DNA of 64,000 nt from Candidatus Marinacidobacterales bacterium (GTDB taxonomy: Bacteria; Acidobacteriota; Vicinamibacteria; Marinacidobacterales; SMYC01): contig OZ250169.1 of the NCBI GenBank assembly GCA_965237955.1, positions 5,632,001-5,696,000 on the forward strand. Direction: 5' to 3'. Below, one piece after another: positions 38,596-48,853 of this stretch. Under the pieces are notes generated by a model that saw only the letters and a list, made by a program, of their open reading frames with translations, was not told the origin of the DNA and searched no databases. The position numbers and the translations under genes are program-made. Position 1 is the stretch's first letter. Every line of letters starts with the position of its first letter.

Positions 38596-40227
38596 ATGAG
38601 GACTTTTCCGGCTTTGAAGCTGGCCGTCACGTTGATGCTCGTCGCGAGCGTCGCCGTGGCCGCCCTTGCTACCCAAGACAAGATTCCCCAGAAGGACGTT
38701 GGCAGGTACGTGCAAAGGGCGGAGAAGGAGTACAAGGAAGGCAAGCTGAAGGAGGCGATCGGCTACTACTTCACGGTTCTGTATGCGTTTCCCGAGATGA
38801 CGGACGTGCGCTTCAAGGTTGCCCGCATTCACAACGAGCTGGGTGAATTGGCGAACGCTGCGACAGCGTACGAAGAGGCGCTACCGGGACTCGAGAAAGA
38901 CGAAGAGATTGCAGAGGCGTACGAAGTCATGACGATCGGCTACGCACGGACCGCCAACTATGCGAAAGCGGTCGAGTACGGCCGGAAGGCGTGGGAGATG
39001 AATCCACAGAGCGCGGACGTGGCCATCGGGCTCGCCATGGGCCTCGCCAAGACGGGGAGCTTGACCGAAGCCGCGGAGATAGCGAAGCAGGCGCTCGTGC
39101 TTGCGCCCGACAGCGCACTCGCGCACAACACCCTGGGTGAAGCTGCCCTCGCGGAAGGAAACGTCGACGAGGCCAAGGCGTCGTTTACAAAGGCACTCGA
39201 GCTCGATGCGAACACCGCCGAAGCCCACGCGGGTCTGGCGGAGATTCATTTTCAGGGCGAGGAGTACGCTGCCGCTGCCGATTCGGCGACGAAAGCACTC
39301 GAGTTGAACGACCAGCTGACGCGCGCCTACGGAATCCGAGGCAAGGCCAACAACGCCCTCGGCAAGAGCAACGAAGCGCAAGCGGATCTGTCGATGGCCA
39401 TCACCGTAAACCCCGACGACCCGGACGCGAATCTCGCGTACGCGCAGGTCCAGCAGTCTCTGGGCAACAACGGACAGGCCGCGACGTACTACTTGAAGAC
39501 CATTTCGTTGAATCCGAGCCTCACCGCCGTGTATGAGCCGCTCGCCGAGCTCCTCGTCGCGCAGCAGCGGTACAACGACCTCATGGATGCGATGCAGCAG
39601 GTCATCGCCACAAAGCCGGACACCGCGGAGGCTCATCTCTACCTGGCAGTGGGTCAGGACGGATCGAAACAAACCGCCGAGGCGCTCGCCGAGTTCAACA
39701 AGGCAATCGAGCTCGACGACAGTCTTGGGGAAGCTCATTACCATCGAGGTAAGATCCTGAGGACGCAAAAGCAGACCGCGGATGCCATTGCTGCCTTACA
39801 GAAAGCGGAATCGTTGGACAGCGAGAACGCCGAGTACCTGACAGAGTTGGGGATTGCGTACTACGAAGGCGGGCAACTCCAACCCGCGATGACAGCGCTC
39901 GAGAAAGCCATCAACAGTCCGGACTACGCCAACGCGTTGGGCTGGGCATACTATGGCGTGACGCTGAAGGATAGTCAGCGTTATGCCGACGCGGCTGGGT
40001 ACTTCACCAAGGCCGTGGAAGTCTTCCCGAACTATGGGCTTGCACATTGGGGCCTCGCCTGGTCCGCCTTCGGTCAGATCAAACCAGGCTGCCCGTGCAC
40101 GCCAGAGGATGACGCGCTGGTGGCGCTCGTCGTGGATCACTCCGCGAAAGCGGTCGAGTTTGGAGCGAACGATCCCGGGCTGACAGAACGCGCCGACGTC
40201 CTCGGGAGGGGCGAGAAAGTCAAGTAG
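38596..40227 (+). CDS. Exported tetratricopeptide repeat protein
   Basis: Signal peptide, then more than 12 TPR units (AHNTLGE, AHAGLAE, AHYHRG). Confidence 0.9.
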   Translation: MRTFPALKLAVTLMLVASVAVAALATQDKIPQKDVGRYVQRAEKEYKEGKLKEAIGYYFTVLYAFPEMTDVRFKVARIHNELGELANAATAYEEALPGLEKDEEIAEAYEVMTIGYARTANYAKAVEYGRKAWEMNPQSADVAIGLAMGLAKTGSLTEAAEIAKQALVLAPDSALAHNTLGEAALAEGNVDEAKASFTKALELDANTAEAHAGLAEIHFQGEEYAAAADSATKALELNDQLTRAYGIRGKANNALGKSNEAQADLSMAITVNPDDPDANLAYAQVQQSLGNNGQAATYYLKTISLNPSLTAVYEPLAELLVAQQRYNDLMDAMQQVIATKPDTAEAHLYLAVGQDGSKQTAEALAEFNKAIELDDSLGEAHYHRGKILRTQKQTADAIAALQKAESLDSENAEYLTELGIAYYEGGQLQPAMTALEKAINSPDYANALGWAYYGVTLKDSQRYADAAGYFTKAVEVFPNYGLAHWGLAWSAFGQIKPGCPCTPEDDALVALVVDHSAKAVEFGANDPGLTERADVLGRGEKVK

Positions 40228-40373
40228 TCGGTGTGCAGCTTTTTTTCTGGAAAAGAAAAGATCACCGCAGAGGCGCAGAGGACGCAAAGGAAACGCAACT
40301 CTACCGGTGATTCTTGGTTGCGGTGTCGCTGCGCTGTGTCTCTGTGGTCAAATCTTTTGCCTCTCCTGCCATT

Positions 40374-41591
40374 TCAGTGGATCCTCTCGAGGGTGAGACC
40401 GCCACAGTTTAGGTAGACGAGACTGATGAGAGCTTCGGCAGAGTGGAGTCCAAAGCTGCGGTGGCTCAGCAGCCTGATTTTGTTGTTCATTCCTTCGAGT
40501 CGGCCGTTGCTGAGTCTCCACGTGACCCACGCGATGACGCCATCGAAGTGGCTGCTCATCTTCGCCGCGCGTTTGACGGGCTCTATCCTCGAGCTCATAG
40601 CGCGCCGCAGCCATCCTCGGAGAAACTTCTTGGCCCATGTCTCGGTTTTGTAGGTGTAGAGGTCCATGAAGTTGTCGCGCAGAAGCATGGCGCGGTAGAG
40701 GCGACGATTAGCTCGCACCTGCTCGCGGAGCACCCGTTTGTCTTTCGCGCTGCGGTTGTGTTTGGCCTTGAGAAGGGGAAACTTGGTGTTCTTGAGGTTG
40801 CGCCGGGCAGTCCCTTTGAGCTCGCGCACCAGCTCGCGCCGGGTCTTATCCACGGCCTCGTTCAGATGCTTGACGATGTGGAAGCGGTCAAAGATCACCC
40901 GTGCCTGAGGAGCCTTTTTGCCGACGACAGTTCTGTACGGCTCCCACATGTCCATGCTGACCGCTTCGAGCTCCGCGGCTCTTTGTGGTCCGAGCTTGCG
41001 GAAAAACCGCAGCAGCGTCTTGGCCTTGCGCTCCTTTCCCGCCCAGACGACCCGGCCGCTGAGATGGTCTATTACCACTGTTAAGTACTTGTGGCGTTTG
41101 CGGTAGCTGATCTCGTCCATCCCAATCACCCGCAATCCATCGAGCTCGCGCCGCTCATCCCGCTGCTCGGCAACCACTCGCTGGATGATCCGTCGCACCG
41201 AACGCCACGTCACTCGGAAATAGTTCGCTACGGCGCTGACGTCCGTCCTCTGTGCCAGCCACGCTACCTCTTGTTCGAAGCTTTTGGTAAAGCGGCTTCC
41301 CTTGTCTGCCCAAGGCACCTTTTCTCTGACCACTCCACACCGCCGACATACCACTCGTCGGATCGAGTAGCGAAGATAGGTCCGGACTCCGAACAGGTCC
41401 AAGTGCCGCCAGTAGCGATTGTAGCGATCTTTGTTCTTGCGGACCTTTCGTCCGCAAATCCCGCACAGAGGCTTCCTCCTCCGTGGTACTACATCCACCA
41501 CCACTCTGGCTTTGTCCGCCTGGAAGTGGAAACCTCGGACCCACAGGCCTTGCAATCCGATGAGCTTGTTGACTAACGTAGTAACGCGCAT
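40374..41591 (-). CDS. ISL3 transposase of the outer copy (ORF intact but cut off from its leader)
   Basis: Near-identical to 547-1767; KMIRSH becomes KMSSH (3-bp loss), plus I>R and D>N changes. Confidence 0.9.
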   Translation of the reverse strand: MRVTTLVNKLIGLQGLWVRGFHFQADKARVVVDVVPRRRKPLCGICGRKVRKNKDRYNRYWRHLDLFGVRTYLRYSIRRVVCRRCGVVREKVPWADKGSRFTKSFEQEVAWLAQRTDVSAVANYFRVTWRSVRRIIQRVVAEQRDERRELDGLRVIGMDEISYRKRHKYLTVVIDHLSGRVVWAGKERKAKTLLRFFRKLGPQRAAELEAVSMDMWEPYRTVVGKKAPQARVIFDRFHIVKHLNEAVDKTRRELVRELKGTARRNLKNTKFPLLKAKHNRSAKDKRVLREQVRANRRLYRAMLLRDNFMDLYTYKTETWAKKFLRGWLRRAMSSRIEPVKRAAKMSSHFDGVIAWVTWRLSNGRLEGMNNKIRLLSHRSFGLHSAEALISLVYLNCGGLTLERIH

Positions 41592-42591
41592 CGCGGGAAC
41601 GCTCTTTTCTCTTTCGGAAAAAAAGATGGTTCTCCTGTCGTTTCGGGGGATCTGATTTGTGTTGGAGGGCATGGCCTATGGACGCTGCCGCGATTGTGGA
41701 AAACGCCGGAAACTCCGGGCGAGAGAGGCGTTTAGGGAAAGGTTGTGAGCACGTACAAACGTGGAGCGGCGTTTTCCACAATCGCTTGGAAAACGCTTCG
41801 CGTTTCCCACGAGCGCCCACAGGCCCCTCCTGATATATATACAAGAAAGATTAATTCATATGGAATAAGGAAGGGGGGGCTCGATTAGTGGAGGCTATGG
41901 AAAACGCCCTTCCAGGCTTCGAAGAGAACTCAGTCGTGAGCAAGGTCTGAACGACCAGAACCGTGGGGGCGTTTCCCGCAGCCTCGTCTCCCGCTGAGGG
42001 GCAGTGGCATTTGGTGAGGCCCGTGGGTTGAGAGGGTAAGCCATGTGTAGATGCGCATCGGCGAGAACGCTAGAATCTTTTTTTCCGAAAGAGAAAAGAG
42101 CGTTCTCGCGATGCGCGTTACTACGTTAGTCAACAAGCTCATCGGATTGCAAGGCCTGTGGGTCCGAGGTTTCCACTTCCAGGCGGACAAAGCCAGAGTG
42201 GTGGTGGATGTAGTACCACGGAGGAGGAAGCCTCTGTGCGGGATTTGCGGACGAAAGGTCCGCAAGAACAAAGATCGCTACAATCGCTACTGGCGGCACT
42301 TGGACCTGTTCGGAGTCCGGACCTATCTTCGCTACTCGATCCGACGAGTGGTATGTCGGCGGTGTGGAGTGGTCAGAGAAAAGGTGCCTTGGGCAGACAA
42401 GGGAAGCCGCTTTACCAAAAGCTTCGAACAAGAGGTAGCGTGGCTGGCACAGAGGACGGACGTCAGCGCCGTAGCGAACTATTTCCGAGTGACGTGGCGT
42501 TCGGTGCGACGGATCATCCAGCGAGTGGTTGCCGAGCAGCGGGATGAGCGGCGGAACGTGTCAACAACTTTGAGACACCCGCGGACTGCAT

Positions 42592-43731
42592 TTAGTGAGC
42601 CTCAATCAATGCAGTAAGACTCGTGGGCCCGGGGCGGTCACCGTCTGCGTGCGGCGAGATCTGGTCGCGTTGGCCTGAATCCGGGGGTACCCCAGGTGTG
42701 GACCACCTTGAGAAAGTGGCTCCGGCGGCCTCCTGGCGCGTCGTTTTCTCCGGCGGCGGGTTGATCCAGGCCTGAGGAGGCAAAACGGGGGGCTGTGGCA
42801 TTCCGCGAACGAAGCGTTCGGGATGAGCCCGATGAGCTTCGAGGAGGATTTGGCGCCGGGCAGTGGTGAGCTGTTCCGCGAGACCATCGTGAACGGCGGC
42901 CGGTGTCATGATGCCGATTCCCGAGTGCCGGCGTTCGTGATTGTAGTAGTCGAGGAAGCCGCCGCAGAACAGCCGGCCGTCTTCGATGGAACCAAAACGG
43001 CTCGGAAACTGAGGGCAATACTTCAGAGTCTTGAACTGGGACTCGGAGTAGGGGTTATCGTTCGAGACGTAAGGTCTGGAGTGGGTCTTGGTAACGCCGA
43101 GGTCAGCCAGGAGCATAGCTACGGACTTGCTTCGCATCGAGCTGCCACGGTCGGCGTGGATGGTGAGCTGGTCTGGTTCGATGTTCTGTTTGCGGCAGCT
43201 CTCGCTGATGAGACGACGAGCGAGCTCAGCGCTTTCTCGTCGAGCCAACATCCACCCGGTCACGTAACGGGAGAAGATGTCCAGAATCACGTAGAGGTAG
43301 TAGTAGGTCCACTTGACGGGGCCACGCAGCTTGGTGATATCCCACGACCAAACCTGGTTCGGCGCTTCGGCCAGCAGCTCCGGCTTTTGATAATTCGGAT
43401 GTCGCAGCTGGTTCCGGCGCTCTCGGACCTCTCCGTTCTCCGCCAGAATCCGATACATCGTGCGGATCGAGCAGTAGTAGATTCCCTCGTCCAGGAGCGT
43501 GGCCCACACCTGAGCGGGCGCCTTGTCGACGAACCGCTCGGAGTGCAAGGCACCGAGAACCAGCTCACGTTCGGTCACATCGAGGGCTCGGTGCGACCGA
43601 GGGCGGCGTTTCGCATTGGACGTTACCGTCTGGCGCCTGCGATACAACGTGGAGCGAGCTATTCCAAGGGCCTCGCAGGCTTCCGCCGTCTGTCCAATTC
43701 GTCCCGCCAGCTCCTCGGCCGCCACCATCAA
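42592..43731 (-). CDS. DDE integrase-type transposase (OrfB)
   Basis: PNQVWSWDIT, LDIFSRY, HADRGS and NDNPYSESQF motifs. Confidence 0.92.
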   Translation of the reverse strand: MMVAAEELAGRIGQTAEACEALGIARSTLYRRRQTVTSNAKRRPRSHRALDVTERELVLGALHSERFVDKAPAQVWATLLDEGIYYCSIRTMYRILAENGEVRERRNQLRHPNYQKPELLAEAPNQVWSWDITKLRGPVKWTYYYLYVILDIFSRYVTGWMLARRESAELARRLISESCRKQNIEPDQLTIHADRGSSMRSKSVAMLLADLGVTKTHSRPYVSNDNPYSESQFKTLKYCPQFPSRFGSIEDGRLFCGGFLDYYNHERRHSGIGIMTPAAVHDGLAEQLTTARRQILLEAHRAHPERFVRGMPQPPVLPPQAWINPPPEKTTRQEAAGATFSRWSTPGVPPDSGQRDQISPHADGDRPGPTSLTALIEAH

Positions 43732-44195
43732 TCGTTCTCGTCGCTGTCTGGTGGATTCAGGGGGATCCCCAGAAGTTCGGAGGTTTTTTTTTGGATCTCT
43801 AGCATCGTCTCCACCCGAGCCAGGCGATGCTTCAATCGCGCGTTCTCGCGCTCGAGCTCCTTGACCCGTGGATCCTCTGCCTTCGCCTTCCGTCCTCGCT
43901 TCCTCGATGTCAACCCCGCCTTGGCAATCTTGTCACGTTGGCGACGCCAACTCGAAAGATGCGACGAGTACAGTCCCTCTCGACGCAGAAGAGCCGCAAC
44001 ATCCCCGTCACCCTTGCAAGCATCGGCCTCGCGCACTATCCGCAGCTTGTACTCTGCGGTAAAGCGTCGACGCTTCGCTTGCTCACTCACTTCGGGATCC
44101 GGGACCCCTGCCGCATCGCGGCCGGCGCGATCTGCAGTCGCCCTACGGGCTCCTTTCGATCCCGCCGGGGTCATTCTCTCAATCAACGTAGTCAT
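43728..44195 (-). CDS. Transposase OrfA (HTH plus coiled coil)
   Basis: RRRFTAEYKLRIV, LLRREGLYSSHLSSWRRQ; 4-bp overlap with orfB. Confidence 0.9.
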   Translation of the reverse strand: MTTLIERMTPAGSKGARRATADRAGRDAAGVPDPEVSEQAKRRRFTAEYKLRIVREADACKGDGDVAALLRREGLYSSHLSSWRRQRDKIAKAGLTSRKRGRKAKAEDPRVKELERENARLKHRLARVETMLEIQKKTSELLGIPLNPPDSDEND

Positions 44196-45525
44196 TCATG
44201 ATCCTCCTCCGCCCTCTACACTAATTTCAAGGGGCGAAGTGTCTCAAGGAGGTTGGCACAGAGGGCGGCGCGAGCTCGATGGATTGCGGGTGATTGGGAT
44301 GGACGAGATCAGCTACCGCAAACGCCACAAGTACTTAACAGTGGTAATAGACCATCTCAGCGGCCGGGTCGTCTGGGCGGGAAAGGAGCGCAAGGCCAAG
44401 ACGCTGCTGCGGTTTTTCCGCAAGCTCGGACCACAAAGAGCCGCGGAGCTCGAAGCGGTCAGCATGGACATGTGGGAGCCGTACATAACTGTCGTCGGCA
44501 AAAAGGCTCCTCAGGCACGGGTGATCTTTGACCGCTTCCACATCGTCAAGCATCTGAACGAGGCCGTGGATAAGACCCGGCGCGAGCTGGTGCGCGAGCT
44601 CAAAGGGACTGCCCGGCGCAACCTCAAGAACACCAAGTTTCCCCTTCTCAAGGCCAAACACAACCGCAGCGCGAAAGACAAACGGGTGCTCCGCGAGCAG
44701 GTGCGAGCTAATCGTCGCCTCTACCGCGCCATGCTTCTGCGCGACGACTTCATGGACCTCTACACCTACAAAACCGAGACATGGGCCAAGAAGTTTCTCC
44801 GAGGATGGCTGCGGCGCGCTATGAGCTCGAGGATAGAGCCCGTCAAACGCGCGGCGAAGATGATCCGCAGCCACTTCGATGGCGTCATCGCGTGGGTCAC
44901 GTGGAGACTCAGCAACGGCCGACTCGAAGGAATGAACAACAAAATCCGGCTGCTGAGCCACCGCAGCTTTGGACTCCACTCTGCCGAAGCTCTCATCAGT
45001 CTCGTCTACCTAAACTGTGGCGGTCTCACCCTCGAGAGGATCCACTGAAATGGCAGGAGAGGCAAAAAGATTCTAGCGTTCTCGCCGATGCGCATCTACA
45101 CATGGCTTACCCTCTCAACCCACGGGCCTCACCAAATGCCACTGCCCCTCAGCGGGAGACAAGGCTGTGGGAAACGCCCCCACGGTTCTGGTCGTTCAGA
45201 CCTTGCTCACGACTGAGTTCTCTTCGAAGCCTGGAAGGGCGTTTTCCATAGCCTCCACTAATCGAGCCCCCCCTTCCTTATTCCATATGAATTAATCTTT
45301 CTTGTATATATATCAGGAGGGGCCTGTGGGCGCTCGTGGGAAACGCGAAGCGTTTTCCAAGCGATTGTGGAAAACGCCGCTCCACGTTTGTACGTGCTCA
45401 CAACCTTTCCCTAAACGCCTCTCTCGCCCGGAGTTTCCGGCGTTTTCCACAATCGCGGCAGCGTCCATAGGCCATGCCCTCCAACACAAATCAGATCCCC
45501 CGAAACGACAGGAGAACCAATCTTT

Positions 45526-46365
45526 TTAAGACCGATTCAAGCCCCAGTCGTAGTCTCGAAACTTCACGCTAACGCTATCGCTGTGAGCGGCAACCAACTC
45601 ACGCACTTCCGCCGTCGCGTACTTCGCGATGAACTCTTGCAGGCTCCTCTCGGAGCCGATGTACTCCGGATCGACGAAGTCGCTTCCGTACCAATCCATG
45701 ATCTTGCTGACCAGTAGCGTGTCGCCGTCGACGGAGACGTAGTCGGGGTTGGTCAGCGCGTTTTTGCTGACGGTGTCGAGTTGTTCGTCGATCTCATCTC
45801 CGGTGAACGCGCGCGTCGGTAGCGGAGGGCACGAGATCGACGCGCAGTTCACTGCGAAGTGGAAGCGCGGGTCTTTGAACAGCGGGCGCAGTACGTTGTG
45901 CTCCATGTTGTCGAGGCTCAACAAAAAGCTGCCAACGGTATGGTCCTTACGCCCGAAGACGTCGGGAACGTCCCGGATGCTCTGGATATCGAAAGCTCCA
46001 TCGGCGCTCACGTGGTCCAAGATCGTGGCAATGGTGTACGCGTTGTAGGCGTTGGCGAACAACGCTTGAATCTCGTTCGATGACAACGCGGACAGATCCG
46101 CGTCGGCGAGCGCGCCGAGGTAGGCGTCGAACTGTTCCTCATCGGCTTTGAGCCCGGCGTAGTCGAACCGACGCCCGCCGTCCTTGGCGTGTCTTTGCAC
46201 GAGCTCATCCCAAGAGGAGTGGTCGAAGCGCGCCGAGCCGTCCTCGATGCCGTGCGCGAGGACCGAGGAGAGGTCTCCGCCAATCGGTGCGGCACGCGGA
46301 GCGCCGCACGCCGCGCTCGTCACCGCGACGAGCCCCGCCAAGAGCCCCGCCAAGAAACGTCCCAT
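45526..46365 (-). CDS. DUF547 domain lipoprotein
   Basis: NAYNAYTI, SLDNMEH, DPRFHFAVNCASISCPPL, SKIMDWY and YDWGLN motifs; lipobox-like SAAC. Confidence 0.88.
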   Translation of the reverse strand: MGRFLAGLLAGLVAVTSAACGAPRAAPIGGDLSSVLAHGIEDGSARFDHSSWDELVQRHAKDGGRRFDYAGLKADEEQFDAYLGALADADLSALSSNEIQALFANAYNAYTIATILDHVSADGAFDIQSIRDVPDVFGRKDHTVGSFLLSLDNMEHNVLRPLFKDPRFHFAVNCASISCPPLPTRAFTGDEIDEQLDTVSKNALTNPDYVSVDGDTLLVSKIMDWYGSDFVDPEYIGSERSLQEFIAKYATAEVRELVAAHSDSVSVKFRDYDWGLNRS

Positions 46366-46516
46366 GCTCTCCAGCATCAGCATACACTGTCATTTTCCGC
46401 GACCCTGTGAATACTTCCACACGTCGAGAAAGGGCACGGGCACGGGTTCGAGCACTCTAGTGTGGCTGTTCGATTTGTGTTACATTACCACTTCGACGGA
46501 AACTTCGGAATTACGC

Positions 46517-48148
46517 ATGTACGAAGCCTTCTTCGGCTTTCGGGAGAAGCCTTTCAACCTCACCCCCGACCCGAAGTTTCTGTACTTGTCGACAAAGCAC
46601 AACGAGGCGTTCGCTCACCTGGAGTTCTGCCTCAAGCAACGCGGCGGGTTCATGGCCGTTACCGGCGAAGTCGGGACCGGCAAGACGACTCTGTGTCGCT
46701 ACTTCCTCGAACGGCTTGACGACGACACCCTAAGCGCGTTCATCCTCTATCCGGCGCTGGGCACGACCGAGCTTCTTCGATCGGTCAACAAAGACCTGGG
46801 TATTCCCGCCGAGGGTGAGTCCAACAAGGAGCTCATCGACTGCCTTCACGAGTTCCTCCTCGAATCGCGACGCGAGGGGAAGAACATCGTGCTCGTCATC
46901 GACGAAGCCCAAAATCTGTCGCGTGACGTCCTCGAGCAGGTGCGACTGATCTCGAACCTGGAGACGGATACGGAGAAACTCATTCAAATCGTCCTCATCG
47001 GACAATCCGAGCTCAACGACATGCTGGCGCAGACGGATCTCCGCCAGCTCGCGCAGCGTGTGACCGCGCGTTACCACTTGACTCCGCTAACGCGTCAGGA
47101 CCTGACGCAATACATCCGGCACCGGCTCGCGGTTGCCGGTGGGATCGGCACAGTGGACTTTACCGCCGGTGCTCTTCGAGCGGTACACCGTTATTCAAAA
47201 GGCATTCCACGACTCATCAATCTCGCGTGCGACCGCGCCCTTCTCGCGGGTTTCGTTCTCGAAAAGAATGAAATCACTGCGAGCATCGTTCGCCGCGCCG
47301 TCAAAGAGCTCGAGGTGATGGACCCGCGTCCGTGGTATCGCCGTTTCGGGTGGGGATTGATGTCTATCGCCGCCTCGCTGGCTCTCGTGCTCGGCGTTTT
47401 GTCGCTCGCGCACGTCGGGGGAGCGAACGGATGGAGTTTCAATCCGGGGACCGTTTGGTCGGCACTGAGCTCGGACCGACCGGCGCCGGTGGCGCCCTCG
47501 GGCATGAACCTCGAGCAACTGACCGAGCACTTCGAGCTGCGTCTGGTCACACTGTCGGAGGAGCTTTCCCGCCGCGCTGCTTCGGCAGTGCTGCTCGAGC
47601 GGTGGGGGATTCGCCTTGGGGGCGGCCTCGCAGCGATTTCCGCTCTCGAGGATATGCCGTCGCTTGCGGATCGCGCCGCGCTTCAGTATTCGGAGCTCGA
47701 GACAAGCTTCGCCCAGCTTCGCGCGTTGAACGTCCCCGCCGTCCTCGAAGTGATTCACCCTTCGCGCGACCGCGTCTTGTACGTGACGTTGACCGGCCTG
47801 GAGGACGACGACGCGGTCGTCTACTTTGCCCCGGGGGACTTCTACGAGCTTCCGATCGACAGCGTGAAGAAATTCTGGACGGGTCGGGCGCGACTGTTCT
47901 GGCGGGACTTCGACGAGCTCGAATCGGCCGACATTCCAAGCCGGTTGGTGTGGGCGCGCGTTCGGTTGAAGAAGATGGGACTGCTCGACGACGACGCGGA
48001 TTTCGAAGCGGTCGAACTGCAAAAGGCACTCCAGGAGCTTCAAAGGCAAGTTTTCCTCGAACCCACCGGAAGTGTCGGGCACGACACGCGCTTGGCACTT
48101 TATAGTCTCGGCGGCGACTACCGGATGCCGTCTCTCATGCACCCATGA
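46517..48148 (+). CDS. exeA: ExeA/GspA family AAA ATPase with TM and C-terminal peptidoglycan-binding-like region
   Basis: MYEAFFGFREKPF, GEVGTGKT, IDEAQ, LIGQSEL and GIPRLIN motifs; C-terminal LEPTGSVG. Confidence 0.88.
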   Translation: MYEAFFGFREKPFNLTPDPKFLYLSTKHNEAFAHLEFCLKQRGGFMAVTGEVGTGKTTLCRYFLERLDDDTLSAFILYPALGTTELLRSVNKDLGIPAEGESNKELIDCLHEFLLESRREGKNIVLVIDEAQNLSRDVLEQVRLISNLETDTEKLIQIVLIGQSELNDMLAQTDLRQLAQRVTARYHLTPLTRQDLTQYIRHRLAVAGGIGTVDFTAGALRAVHRYSKGIPRLINLACDRALLAGFVLEKNEITASIVRRAVKELEVMDPRPWYRRFGWGLMSIAASLALVLGVLSLAHVGGANGWSFNPGTVWSALSSDRPAPVAPSGMNLEQLTEHFELRLVTLSEELSRRAASAVLLERWGIRLGGGLAAISALEDMPSLADRAALQYSELETSFAQLRALNVPAVLEVIHPSRDRVLYVTLTGLEDDDAVVYFAPGDFYELPIDSVKKFWTGRARLFWRDFDELESADIPSRLVWARVRLKKMGLLDDDADFEAVELQKALQELQRQVFLEPTGSVGHDTRLALYSLGGDYRMPSLMHP

Positions 48149-48825
48149 GCCTCATACTCGACGCACTGAAGAAGATCGAACAGGACAAGAGGCGGTCCGG
48201 CGGCTCGCAAATCGAATCGATCACGGTGTCGCGGGGACGCTTCGGCGGCCGTCAGCATGTGTTGTCGATGGCGGCCATCGCCGTCGGCTCGGCATTGTTG
48301 ACCGCCGCGGCGGTCTCGTTTCTCATCAACAATAGGCACGGTGCTGACGCGACCGTCCCCGTCGCGCCACCTGAGGTCGAAGCGCCGCCCGAGCCACGTG
48401 AGCTCGACACACCACCGACCGAACTGGAAACTCCAGTCGTGGTCGTTACCAAAGAAGCCAGCGTCCGGACTCGCGACCCCGAGCCCGATCCCGACCCAGC
48501 TTCCATCGAAGAAGCCGACGACGCGACCCAACCCATCCGACTCGTGGGTCGCGAGCGGGTTCTGTTGGACGGTTTGAGCATCAAGGACCCAGCCGAATCC
48601 TTTGACCATGACGACGCCGAGCCCCAAGACAGCGAGCCACTTCCCGACGATTTTCCCGATCTCGTTCTACAGGGCACGTCGGTGATTGGCAACAACGCGG
48701 TCGCGGTCATCAGCGATCAGCGTGTCTTCGAAGGAGACCGCATCGAAGGCGCCCTCGTCATCCGTATCGGCGAGCGTGAAGTGGAGCTAGAGCTCGACGG
48801 TCGTCGGTTCACACTACGTCTCTGA
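48145..48825 (+). CDS. exeB: ExeB/GspB family protein
   Basis: MSLILDALKK N-terminus, TM, Pro/acidic linker, C-terminal AVISDQRVFEGD; ATGA overlap with exeA. Confidence 0.8.
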   Translation: MSLILDALKKIEQDKRRSGGSQIESITVSRGRFGGRQHVLSMAAIAVGSALLTAAAVSFLINNRHGADATVPVAPPEVEAPPEPRELDTPPTELETPVVVVTKEASVRTRDPEPDPDPASIEEADDATQPIRLVGRERVLLDGLSIKDPAESFDHDDAEPQDSEPLPDDFPDLVLQGTSVIGNNAVAVISDQRVFEGDRIEGALVIRIGEREVELELDGRRFTLRL

Positions 48826-48853
48826 CATCAGCCACCCGCCATCAGCTTCGACC

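Larger units (their letters stand above)
42554..44264 (-). mobile_element. IS3-like (rve integrase) element, copy A, 1711 bp
   Basis: 6-bp target duplication gcggcg at 42548-42553 and 44265-44270; subterminal IR gtg(t/c)caac...ttgagacac. Confidence 0.9.
42111..45048 (+). pseudogene. ISL3 transposase of the inner copy, split by an IS3-like insertion
   Basis: N-part 42111-42553 and C-part 44271-45048 reconstitute the copy-1 protein. Confidence 0.9.
41628..45063 (+). mobile_element. ISL3 copy 3 (inner), inserted in opposite orientation into copy 2
   Basis: Both IRs present; 8-bp target duplication aaaaagat at 41620-41627 and 45064-45071. Confidence 0.93.
40359..45518 (-). mobile_element. ISL3 copy 2 (outer), carrying nested insertions
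   Basis: IRR at 40359, IRL ending at 45518; 8-bp target duplication aatctttt at 40351-40358 and 45519-45526. Confidence 0.93.

Noticed and set aside
42823-45048. 741-aa ORF as a novel fusion transposase
   Set aside because: It is the antisense frame of the IS3-like element running by chance into the 3' half of the split ISL3 transposase
64-45518. ISL3 copies 1 and 2 in inverted orientation bounding ~38.6 kb as a composite transposon or inversion
   Set aside because: Each copy has its own matching 8-bp target duplication, so they are independent insertions; the enclosed genes look chromosomal
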